This document shows, piece after piece, positions 28,397-37,069 of a DNA stretch of 64,000 nucleotides (position 1 is the first letter of the stretch; each line of letters opens with the position of its first letter). The notes beneath the pieces are model-generated. The model did no database searches. It was not told the DNA's origin and was given only the letters and a program-made list of their open reading frames with translations. The DNA lies in contig DATDWM010000017.1 of NCBI GenBank assembly GCA_036517375.1, positions 3,208-67,207 of the forward strand, written 5' to 3'. This stretch comes from Minisyncoccota bacterium (lineage in GTDB: Bacteria > Patescibacteriota > Minisyncoccia > Phycocordibacterales > UBA9973). The position numbers and the translations under genes were made by a program.

Positions 28397-28831
28397 ATGC
28401 CAGCAGGAAGACCAACAGAATACAGTGAAAACATACTCTCTAAATCAAGAGAGTATGTTGATTCTTGTGTGGATGAGCTAGAAGACCGACCAAAAACAGT
28501 TGGGACAAAATCCACTTCCTACGAGAGGGTTATCAAGGTTAATTTACCTACAATAGAAGGTCTGGCGAGCCATTTAGGGCTTGCTAGAAGCACTTTATAC
28601 GAGTGGAAGGACAAATACACTGAATTTTCGGACATCTTAGAGATACTTTTAGCACATCAGGCAACTGCTCTTATTAATAATGGTTTGTCAGGAGACTATA
28701 ATGCGACCATAGCTAAGCTTCTTCTAATGAAGCACGGCTATAAGGAAGATGCCCGAATATACGAGAGAATCACTGGGAACGAAATTATCTTCAAGGATAT
28801 GTCTGTGGTAGGAGTTAGTGAGTCCGATTAA
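28397..28831 (+). CDS. HTH DNA-binding protein resembling phage terminase small subunit
   Basis: N-terminal GRPTEY and HTH LPTIEGLASHLGLARSTLYEW pattern typical of TerS-like proteins. Confidence 0.45.
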   Translation: MPAGRPTEYSENILSKSREYVDSCVDELEDRPKTVGTKSTSYERVIKVNLPTIEGLASHLGLARSTLYEWKDKYTEFSDILEILLAHQATALINNGLSGDYNATIAKLLLMKHGYKEDARIYERITGNEIIFKDMSVVGVSESD

Positions 28832-28840
28832 AGAAAGTAT

Positions 28841-29305
28841 TTATTCTGTGAAATATTGGCTATGTTTTTCCTTAAAATCACTATCATTAATAGAACCAAT
28901 ATCTGTGCAACCACCATCAACGTCTGAAAAAGCCCCTGCTCCACACTGGAAAATTACTTTGTTTTCATATCCGTCTCTCATCATTGAATAAAAAAATTCA
29001 TCTGTATTTCTACTCAAATTTTTGTTTACAATTCTGTAAACTTCTGTATAAACATAGCATTTATTTTTAACTGAATTGAAATGGTTAGTTGTATATACAG
29101 AATAATTATTATCCAACTTACTTTTTTCCTCCTTGTCTACTTCTATGGCTTTTTGTGAACAATTGTAAGCATATTCTCCATACTTAGTGTCAGAAATTAT
29201 ACCTACCTTACTTTCATTGTTACTTTTTATTACATAGGTAAATATCAGTATCAATAAAACGATAACCCCAATTTTAAACCAGTTTTCTTTTAAGAATTTT
29301 GTCAT
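28841..29305 (-). CDS. Secreted/membrane-anchored hypothetical protein
   Basis: N-terminal TM/signal; several Cys. Confidence 0.5.
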   Translation of the reverse strand: MTKFLKENWFKIGVIVLLILIFTYVIKSNNESKVGIISDTKYGEYAYNCSQKAIEVDKEEKSKLDNNYSVYTTNHFNSVKNKCYVYTEVYRIVNKNLSRNTDEFFYSMMRDGYENKVIFQCGAGAFSDVDGGCTDIGSINDSDFKEKHSQYFTE

Positions 29306-29308
29306 ATG

Positions 29309-30172
29309 TTAGTTGCAATAAACTGTGTTACCGATAAAATTACAAATTGTTGTTGGGTGAGGTGGTGTTGAATAATAAGCATCGGGTTCACACGCTTGAT
29401 AATATTTGTTCATAAGCGGAGTAGATTTTATTGCCAAATCAGCTCCCTTAGAAGCTAGTTCGCTTGACTCTTGTGAACCAGCATCAGCTTCTTCCATACG
29501 AGCCAAGTTGTCGTCTAGTTGTTTTTGTATACTGTCATAAGCTTTCTTGGCACTTACGCATTCTGGGCTATTGTGTATTTTATCTTCGGCTTCTTGTTTA
29601 GCATTGGCTTGGTCTTTAAGCTGTTGATTTAAAATATCATATGCAGAGGGTTGAGAAGATGTTGGACTAGGTTGTCCGCAGGAAGCTTCACCTATGGCTG
29701 GGCAGTAAAAAGGATTCTCAACAGAACAATTGGAAATATTGTAAGATTTTCCATTGCATACTCTTATATTATCCAGTTCACTTTGAGTGTAACAACCAGA
29801 AGCGTTGTCGGGGCTACAGAAAAACTTTTTACCAAGAGATGGACAGGTGTCTTTTATTTGTTGACCATTGCACATCACTATATTTTCTTGGGTGGGTATA
29901 CTCTTTTTAACTGGGGCTGTTACTTTAGGAGCAGGTGTAGTTGTTTTGGGTTGTTGATTTTTTAAATCATCAATTTGTTTTTGTAGTTCTTGAATTTGCA
30001 CTGTCTGGTCTGGTGCTGGTTTAGTATCCGTTACTTGCACTTGTGGTGCAGGAACTTCTTTTTTATGGAATATGCTCCAGCTAAAAGGATTCCACCAAGA
30101 GGCAAAAGTAATTTGTGGAATCAAAATGATTGCGACCAAGATAACAGAAACTATATTTAACTTATTTTTCAT
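29309..30172 (-). CDS. Secreted Cys-rich protein with Pro/Gln-rich linker (start set at MKNKLNIV signal peptide)
   Basis: Signal-peptide-like segment begins at internal Met; upstream 50 codons of ORF-track call overlie a structured GC-rich non-coding-looking element. Confidence 0.55.
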   Translation of the reverse strand: MKNKLNIVSVILVAIILIPQITFASWWNPFSWSIFHKKEVPAPQVQVTDTKPAPDQTVQIQELQKQIDDLKNQQPKTTTPAPKVTAPVKKSIPTQENIVMCNGQQIKDTCPSLGKKFFCSPDNASGCYTQSELDNIRVCNGKSYNISNCSVENPFYCPAIGEASCGQPSPTSSQPSAYDILNQQLKDQANAKQEAEDKIHNSPECVSAKKAYDSIQKQLDDNLARMEEADAGSQESSELASKGADLAIKSTPLMNKYYQACEPDAYYSTPPHPTTICNFIGNTVYCN

Positions 30173-30363
30173 AAAATAAAAAGCTAGCTGATAAGAGCTA
30201 GCGTGGAAAACACAGAACCCCACGCCAGCTAGGTCTTGCGACCCCATATCAGTTTCCCGATATAGCCCTTGGAAGAGTTGCTGAACGCAGGGTTCAGTAT
30301 CTTCCAAGGGTCTTTTGACCATATCCTAAAGGTGTCTTTAGGGGTTAGGTCGCATATTAAGTT
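30173..30363 (-). promoter_or_regulatory. Highly structured GC-rich leader/intergenic RNA element ending in terminator-like hairpin + U-run
   Basis: Nested inverted repeats (CCCTTGGAAG...CTTCCAAGGG 10 bp; CTGAAC/GTTCAG; CCTAAAG/CTTTAGG; CGTGG/CCACG; GCTAGC x2) and on minus strand GCTAGCucuuaucaGCTAGC followed by UUUUUAUUUU right before ATG. Confidence 0.4.
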
Positions 30364-30723
30364 TTACTTATTCATCGTATCATTATATAGCTCTTTTGTT
30401 AATCTAACTCTAGCTAAGATGTGGAGCTTTAATGCAGTAGAAAAGTAATAAAGACGTGGATTTTTTATTACACGCTTAGCTTCAAGTGGTGTTATCTTGA
30501 TAATTACACCATTAGCACGATACCAAAATCTTCTATCTTTTCTAATAACCTCCGCATTGTATTGAAAAAGATTACGACCGTGAATCCTCGCAAGGTTGCC
30601 TTCAATGAGTCTAATGCTCAATTTAACTATTTCCATAAAATCTCGGCTTAAACTAAAAAAATCTTTCCCACACGGAAAAAGATTTACGACTATTATCTCT
30701 CCCTTGTGGGTTGGATTTAGCAC
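30364..30723 (-). CDS. Hypothetical protein
   Basis: 119-aa ORF, no recognisable motif. Confidence 0.4.
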   Translation of the reverse strand: MLNPTHKGEIIVVNLFPCGKDFFSLSRDFMEIVKLSIRLIEGNLARIHGRNLFQYNAEVIRKDRRFWYRANGVIIKITPLEAKRVIKNPRLYYFSTALKLHILARVRLTKELYNDTMNK

Positions 30724-31202
30724 CTTACTTTCGCAGGTCGCTGGGCGGATTAAAATGAGCCAATTCTCTACTCGCCACTCTCGATAGACTTATTTAGTTG
30801 TGAGATAAGTTTATATAAGGCAAAAAATAAAAGCAAGTATACACCCAAATTTCAAGGGATTTTCGGACATCATAAGAGAGTTTTTACACGTTTTTAGAAT
30901 CCTAAAATAACCATATTTTATAGCTTATATTAGCCGTTTAGCCCTATGCTATAATAGTGGTAGAAGTTCCTTAAATAGCTCTGACTACAACTCCTGCCAC
31001 CAAGCAGTCAAAAAACTGGAATAAACTGGTTCAGTCAGATACCGTTTTGGATAATACTGTGAAATTGGTGATGATATGTGAGGAGGTCAACCTCTTAAAA
31101 ATGATTTAAGAAAATGCGTCAGCCAATTGTGCAAGATTAGACCGAGATAACAAAAAATACTTATGGTGTTTTGTTATTTCAGTCTAGTTTTGGAACAAAA
31201 AC

Positions 31203-31230
31203 AAACACCCTATGTTGGTGTTTTTATTTT
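31203..31230 (+). terminator. Terminator-like hairpin + T-run in non-coding stretch
   Basis: AAACACC-ctatgtt-GGTGTTT followed by TTATTTT. Confidence 0.3.
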
Positions 31231-31376
31231 GCCCAAAAGCTTCCTAAAAATATCGTTGCGTTAATTCATTGGTAAATATACACAAAGTCCTTTTATGGCT
31301 TTGCGGGTCGCATTACCAATGAACCTGCACAGCCATAAGTGGATTTTTTTGTTTCTTAGTAGCTAGCTTAAATAAA

Positions 31377-31631
31377 ATGCGAAGCATAGAAAGAAGTTAT
31401 AAGAAAATTCAAACTCGTAATCCTAATCTAGGAACATATCCTTGTTTAGCACAAGCGGTTAGAGAAAGAAGATTTTCGAGAAAATCTTTAGTAAAGGTAT
31501 TTAGTAAATTAATGCCTGAAAATGAATACGCCAAAAGCGAAACAAAAGAACTAATTGATTATCTAGAGAATATCACCAACTCATCCGAGGAGGGCGAATT
31601 TCGCACTAAATTTCATTCGAGAGGCATTTAA
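31377..31631 (+). CDS. Small hypothetical protein upstream of recombinase
   Basis: 84-aa ORF co-directional with recombinase; weak support. Confidence 0.3.
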   Translation: MRSIERSYKKIQTRNPNLGTYPCLAQAVRERRFSRKSLVKVFSKLMPENEYAKSETKELIDYLENITNSSEEGEFRTKFHSRGI

Positions 31632-32196
31632 AAAAACAAAATGGAATTGAGTGCGGAAGCAGTAAAAGATTTGAGGGAAACACTAGAACTGGAAATAGGA
31701 GTGAGGAATACAAACAGGATGAGTGATAACGACTTAGAACATATAGGTTGTTTTTTCCTTGAAACTTTTAAGCAGGGTTTGAAGAGAAGAGTGTCTAAAA
31801 TTTAATATCTAAAACAGCTTTAGGGGTTCGCTGTATAAACCACTCCTATAAACGAAACCAGTAAATCGGACTCAAATGCGAAAGCACGGAAAAACAGTTT
31901 ATCCCTCTGTCCGTGCCATCTGATTTGTGCCTGATTGCTGATTACAGAAAATGGATTTTCAAAGGTAAGTCGCATTTGTTTGTAAAAGATATTGATAAAT
32001 ATAGCTGTAATAATTACCTTTTAGAGAGAATCAGAGGTAAAAGGGAGGGTGTGTCTAAAATGAGAAAAATGTTATAATGAGGAAGCCAGACCGAGTGAAA
32101 ATCTATAAGCCACATTTAGTAATGCTTGTAGGTAAGAATGAGGTAGCAACCACTTGGTCTGGCGATTAAGTAAAGTTGTTACCTCATTTTTATTTT

Positions 32197-33876
32197 ATGA
32201 ATCCAATAGATTTTACAAAGTTAAAGGTAGGAAATTACAATCGTAAGTCGTCAGAGAGTGAAGATAGGCAGGTTCTTTCAATTCAATCACAGATTGATGA
32301 AGCTAAAAGAATAGCGGATTATTATAAACTCTCTCCATATGTAGAGGTATACAAAGAATCAAAATCAGCTAAAACAGAAGGTGTGAGACCAGAGTTTTCG
32401 AGGATGATGAAAAGAATAAGAAATAAAGAGATTGATGCGATAGCGTGTTGGAAAGCTGATAGACTAGCAAGAAATATGGCAGAGGGCGGTGAACTAATTG
32501 ACCTTTTGAGTTCTGGAACTTTAAAGGCAATAATCACTCACGATAAAGTATTCTATCCTTGGGATAATGTTATGGTTTTAGCAATAGAGTTTAGCCAAGG
32601 AAAACAATTCGTAAAAGAACTCTCTATAAATGTTAAGAGGGGTCAAACTAAAAAGGCAACTATGGGTTATCCGCACGGACTAGCCACTCTTGGCTTCACA
32701 AACGACAAAACAGAAGAGAAAGGAAATCGTAAATGGCTAGTGGACGAAGTTCGTCTTCCTGTAGTTAAGCAAATGTTAGAAATGTTTTTATCTGGTAATT
32801 ACTCTGGCACACAAATCTATGATTGGGCTATTAATGTTGCCAAACTAACTACCCCTAATCACAAAAAATGTGGTGGAAATTTTATTGCCTACTCTAGGGT
32901 TTATACAATTCTTAAAGACTCTATCTATGCTGGATTTTTCTACCAGCAAGGACAAAGGTATGAATTGTCTAAAGAACTCCCTCGTCTTATTTCAGAAGAT
33001 GACCATAAGAAGATTTTAAGAATGTTGTCTAGTAGAAAACTTCCAAAGACTCAAACTCACGAAAATCCTTACTCTGGTTTTATAGAATCTCCTTCTGGTG
33101 AATTTGTAGGAGCAGATATGAAGTTTCAAATAATTTGCCAGTGTAAACACAAGTTTGCATATCAAAATAAAACAAACTGTCCTAAATGCGAAATAGCCAT
33201 AAACGATATTAAAAACCCTAAGTATCTTAGTTATGCTTATTACTACAACGTGCCAAAAAGAAAGAAGAGAGAATCCGTAAAATACATCGAGGAGGGCAAA
33301 ATTACCACTTTTTTTCGCTTATATGCAGAGAAAAATCTAACTATGTCAAAATCCCTAGCCCAATGGTGCAAAAGACACATTAAGGAGATAAAAGACAAAG
33401 AGATAGAGACAGGTTTAATTGAATCCTCTGGTAATACTCAACGATTAGAGCAATTAGAGGGACGATTAACTAGATACCGTCAAATGCTTGCAGATGGTCA
33501 AATTGAAACTTCTGAATATGATTCCGATGTAAAATCAATAAAGGATGAAATTTCAGAAATTAAAAATCCTAAAATTAAAAATCGTGATTGGCATCAAGTT
33601 GCAGAAGATATTGTTGATTTAACTACTGAAATAATTGAAACGCTGGAAAATGGTTTGGTAAAAGACCAAAGAGCGATGTTTACAAAGCTTGGTTCGAACC
33701 TAATATGGAATGAGGAAATACTAAATATTATCAACGCAGAACCAATGCAGAAGCTGATTGATGGCTTAAATGAAGCTAAACAAAAGAATCCCAAGTTCGA
33801 ACCTGAAAATATTGTTGATACAACAGAACAGAATGAGGTTTTTGAGGACATTTGTCCTATCTTGCTCCGGGGGTAG
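32197..33876 (+). CDS. Large serine recombinase (resolvase/invertase-type catalytic domain + recombinase/zinc-ribbon/coiled-coil C-terminal region)
   Basis: N-terminal YNRKSSESEDRQVLSIQSQ (catalytic Ser), ...ARL..., Cys pairs (CQCKHKF...CPKC), ~560 aa; ATG at 32197 preferred over upstream TTG. Confidence 0.85.
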   Translation: MNPIDFTKLKVGNYNRKSSESEDRQVLSIQSQIDEAKRIADYYKLSPYVEVYKESKSAKTEGVRPEFSRMMKRIRNKEIDAIACWKADRLARNMAEGGELIDLLSSGTLKAIITHDKVFYPWDNVMVLAIEFSQGKQFVKELSINVKRGQTKKATMGYPHGLATLGFTNDKTEEKGNRKWLVDEVRLPVVKQMLEMFLSGNYSGTQIYDWAINVAKLTTPNHKKCGGNFIAYSRVYTILKDSIYAGFFYQQGQRYELSKELPRLISEDDHKKILRMLSSRKLPKTQTHENPYSGFIESPSGEFVGADMKFQIICQCKHKFAYQNKTNCPKCEIAINDIKNPKYLSYAYYYNVPKRKKRESVKYIEEGKITTFFRLYAEKNLTMSKSLAQWCKRHIKEIKDKEIETGLIESSGNTQRLEQLEGRLTRYRQMLADGQIETSEYDSDVKSIKDEISEIKNPKIKNRDWHQVAEDIVDLTTEIIETLENGLVKDQRAMFTKLGSNLIWNEEILNIINAEPMQKLIDGLNEAKQKNPKFEPENIVDTTEQNEVFEDICPILLRG

Positions 33877-33936
33877 GGATCGAACCTACGACCAATCGCT
33901 TAACAGGCGACCGCTCTACCGCTGAGCTACCCCGGA
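33865..33936 (-). tRNA. tRNA-Asn (anticodon GTT)
   Basis: Cloverleaf folded manually: acceptor TCCGGGG/CCCCGGA, D-arm GCTC-AGCGGTA-GAGC, anticodon stem GTCGC/GCGAT loop CTGTTAA, T-arm GTAGG-TTCGATC-CCTAC; no encoded CCA. Confidence 0.85.
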
Positions 33937-34083
33937 ATTTTATTTTCAAAAGAGGAAAGAAAACCGTACAATACTCTCGACCTACGGTCGCTGGTACTTT
34001 TCCATCTCTTCGCAAATTGGCGAATCGTACGAAAAAGCCTTTCTCATCCTGGCGCAAGCAAAGCAGTTTGCTTGCTTACGATG

Positions 34084-34156
34084 TGGACCGTACAGGACTC
34101 GAACCTGCCACCCCCTCATTGCAAATGAGGTGCTCTACCAGATGAGCTAACGGCCC
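34084..34156 (-). tRNA. tRNA-Ala (anticodon TGC)
   Basis: Acceptor GGGCCGT/ACGGTCC with G3:U70 Ala identity pair, anticodon loop TTTGCAA, T-loop TTCGAGT. Confidence 0.85.
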
Positions 34157-34490
34157 GTCATTAGTTAGAAGTATTCTATCCTATTTTACCCATAATGCAA
34201 ATAAAACACCCATTAAGGTGCCATTTAAGTACAGCCACCCGAACGCTAAGCGCTCGGGGGTCTGTGTGCTTTTAAGAACGACGGGTTTCGCGCTCTGCCT
34301 ACTGCTTCCTCCTCTTTTTGTCGGACCATCCTCCCCACAAGACCAGGAGTGGAACCGAAATTCCGACAAAACATCCGGCAACTGCACCTATCCACAAAAA
34401 GAAGAGGCTTACTTGAACCACGAGTTCATGCATCTCATTCGCCTCCTAAGCTATCATATCACACACAAATAATATTAGAATTAATAAAAC

Positions 34491-34516
34491 AAAAAGCGCC
34501 CCGAAGGGCGCTTTTT
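34491..34516. terminator. Strong bidirectional rho-independent terminator
   Basis: AAAAA-GCGCCC-cgaa-GGGCGC-TTTTT. Confidence 0.7.
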
Positions 34517-34617
34517 GCGGCACATATATTGTTTCGATAAAGAGTGAGAATAACCTCACACTCACACCGTCAGTATAGCATATTGGAATAAAAAAAGCAA
34601 GTGTGTTATGATAAATA

Positions 34618-34972
34618 GGTAGGTGCTGGATAACTACTCTGTATTTATACAGGGAGGAAAGTCCGAACACAGTCCCGATTTATCGGGAAAATAAGTAGTG
34701 GGTAACGCCCACATGTAGTGATACATAGGTGCGAGCAGAGACGCCGATGCCGAAAGGCTAGGACCCCTTTGGGGTAGCCTGATAGGAATATCAGGGTGAA
34801 ACGGCTAAATCCTTACTTCTGTGCAAGATCGCGCCCTTTGAATGCCTCAGGACTAGTTCCGAGCGTAGTCGAGGGGAGAATCGCTTGATCCGCCTGGTAA
34901 CAGGCACGACAGATAAATTGTTATCATTCCAACGCAAGTTGAAAAACAGAATTCGGCTTATAGGCACCTACA
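34618..34972 (+). ncRNA. rnpB: RNase P RNA (bacterial type)
   Basis: GGGAGGAAAGTCCGAACAC (P4 5' strand) and ACAGAATTCGGCTTATAG (P4 3' strand); P1 pairing GGTAGGTGC/GCACCTAC defines ends. Confidence 0.8.
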
Positions 34973-35087
34973 AGAAAATGAGAGTCCCCTACAGAAATGT
35001 GGGGGATTTTCTTTTAAATAATTACCTGAAATCTTTTCAGCATTTTAGCATTTACGTACGACCGTTTCTTATTGCTAAAATAAAATA

Positions 35088-35564
35088 TTACAAACTTAAA
35101 CGTACCCGATCCCCCACTTTAATATTATTTTTATCCGAAAATCCAGACTCTACTTCTAGTACATACTTAGAGTTTTCTCTGGGACCATAAGTTTCCAGTT
35201 GCTTTTCCGACTGTGGCTCGGCACCTTTTTTGATATAAATTATTTCCAAATTCTCATCTATCCAAATTATATCAATGGCAAATTTCATATCCTTCATCCA
35301 GAAATAATGCTCGAACGAATTTTCAAAAACAAATAGCATCCCTCGGGATGCACCAAGCCCCTCTCTCCCTGAGAGGCCGAGTTGTTGTTCCTCTGCCGAG
35401 CGCGCAAGCTCTACTTCCACCTTACTTTCTCCTAGTCTCACGTATTTAATACTCTCTGGGCTCGCGAGATCTACACCGCTCGGCGCATAGTTAAGAAAAG
35501 AAAAAACAACTATTAGGAAAAATATAACGATAGCAAAGCTTTTCATCATTTTAGTGGTCGCCAT
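35088..35564 (-). CDS. DUF192-family protein
   Basis: GMLFVFE..FWMKDM..IDIIWIDENLEII..YVLEV..IKVGDRV pattern; N-terminal TM. Confidence 0.6.
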   Translation of the reverse strand: MATTKMMKSFAIVIFFLIVVFSFLNYAPSGVDLASPESIKYVRLGESKVEVELARSAEEQQLGLSGREGLGASRGMLFVFENSFEHYFWMKDMKFAIDIIWIDENLEIIYIKKGAEPQSEKQLETYGPRENSKYVLEVESGFSDKNNIKVGDRVRLSL

Positions 35565-36954
35565 TTGTCCAGCCGAAGAGCTTGCCTATAGATTCAGCGT
35601 TTTCACGTTTGCGAGCAATTTTTACCGTTCCGTCTTGGACAATTATTTTCATTGGAGCTGAGAGCAAGCAGTGGTGAGAAGAAAGTCCGTCTTGATAAGC
35701 GCCAGTGTCGAGTACTGAAACAAATTGGTCCTTGCCCTCATGAATCTTGGGTAATAGAATATAATTCCCGCCGTCAGTATATTTATCATCGGAATCACAA
35801 GTACTCCCCGCAAGCCAGGTACGCTTGAGCGGCTCCTGCATATTGTTTGCTGGTATGACATGCCACTTCTGGTGTATCGCCCAGGTATCCTTCAAGTCAT
35901 TCATAAAGCTACCATCTATAATGTACCAGGCATTCGCATTCGCCTTGGGAATATTTTTTTCTGAGAGCACTTTATACATTGTTATCTGTGCCGGAGCCAC
36001 CACATACTGCCCCCATTCTACAGCCAGGTTCGGGTGTCTGACGCCTGCCTTATCAGATAAATTCTTAAGCGTCTTGATAATTTTACTAGATACGCCCTTG
36101 GCAGTATAGAATTTCTTTTTCTCGTAAGGTACGCCAAATCCGCCACCGATGTCGAGCGTATCGAGCGATGGATGAGTTTTCTGTAATTGCGCATAAATAC
36201 TAAAAGCATGCTTTACTCCGTCTAGAATACTCTTCTGAGTTTTTATTTGGGAACCCATATGGTAATGCATGATTTTAAGATTTTTAATCTTGCCTAAACC
36301 AAGCACGTCTTTCTCGGAAAGTCCGAAGCGGTCAAACTTTTTATCCCAATGCGTGTCCGCCTTTATGTTGAGGTCCACACGCACACCACTATCACCTTTC
36401 AATTTTGAGATTCTCTCTATCTCTTCATTAGATTCTATTATCGGTACTATATTCATGCCCTTAGCCCGAAGTTCTTCAATCAGGTCCAAGTACTGGTCCG
36501 TCTTTGGGCCGTTACATAATACGCGAATTTTGGCATTAAATTTTTCCCCTTCCCAGAGCTTTTTTACCAACCATAGTTCGTTGGCAGAAGTTACTTCCAA
36601 ATTTGCACCCTCAGATAGAAGTGGGAGTAAGAATTCTTTATTCTGGTTTACTTTCATTGGATAGTGGTAAAAGAACTTACCTTTGTAGCCATAAATTTTC
36701 ATATATGCTTGAAAATATCCGATCAAGTCCTTGAGCCTGTCTTCAATAATGAATGGGAAAATAACTTGGAGAGGTGTGCCATACTTTTGCGCTAAATCAT
36801 TTAGGTTATAAATATGGTGGCCTTCCGTTGCAGTCAAATCACCATCTTTATTTACACCGAAGAACTGAGTGTTGAATTCATCAACACCCAGCTTCCAAAA
36901 TTTTCTCCAATTCTTCTGCTGCTTCTTTGTTTTTTTATTTTTATTTTTATCCAC
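35551..36954 (-). CDS. speA: Arginine decarboxylase-like PLP decarboxylase (short SpeA-type)
   Basis: TPLQVIFPFIIEDRL...YHYPMKVNQNKEF (SpeA N-terminal pattern), YHMGSQ, LDIGGGFGVPY. Confidence 0.65.
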   Translation of the reverse strand: MDKNKNKKTKKQQKNWRKFWKLGVDEFNTQFFGVNKDGDLTATEGHHIYNLNDLAQKYGTPLQVIFPFIIEDRLKDLIGYFQAYMKIYGYKGKFFYHYPMKVNQNKEFLLPLLSEGANLEVTSANELWLVKKLWEGEKFNAKIRVLCNGPKTDQYLDLIEELRAKGMNIVPIIESNEEIERISKLKGDSGVRVDLNIKADTHWDKKFDRFGLSEKDVLGLGKIKNLKIMHYHMGSQIKTQKSILDGVKHAFSIYAQLQKTHPSLDTLDIGGGFGVPYEKKKFYTAKGVSSKIIKTLKNLSDKAGVRHPNLAVEWGQYVVAPAQITMYKVLSEKNIPKANANAWYIIDGSFMNDLKDTWAIHQKWHVIPANNMQEPLKRTWLAGSTCDSDDKYTDGGNYILLPKIHEGKDQFVSVLDTGAYQDGLSSHHCLLSAPMKIIVQDGTVKIARKRENAESIGKLFGWTNGDH

Positions 36955-37069
36955 TTCTTTATTCGAGGGCGAATTGAATTAGTATATCAAGCTGTCAACA
37001 AATGTAAATGCTAAAACACCCTACATCTGTATATTATACACCCATTCTGTCTTTTTGTCAAGCTAATTT

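Noticed and set aside
30173-30322. N-terminal 50-codon extension of the 29309 ORF (MVKRPLEDTEPC...)
   Set aside because: The signal peptide begins at the internal Met. The extension overlies a multi-hairpin GC-rich element with terminator, so it is more plausibly RNA than protein.
33852-34145. ORFs overlapping tRNA-Asn and tRNA-Ala on both strands
   Set aside because: They are explained by the two tRNA genes. The ORFs are GC-driven artefacts.
34157-34490. tmRNA hypothesis for the GC-rich unannotated segment
   Set aside because: No tRNA-like T-arm (GGTTCGAATCC) or 3' CCA-adjacent acceptor arm on either strand, and no tag-peptide-like ORF.
34885-35190. 101-aa plus-strand ORF from the six-frame track
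   Set aside because: It lies almost entirely within the RNase P RNA gene (conserved P4 strands present), so it is a spurious reading frame.
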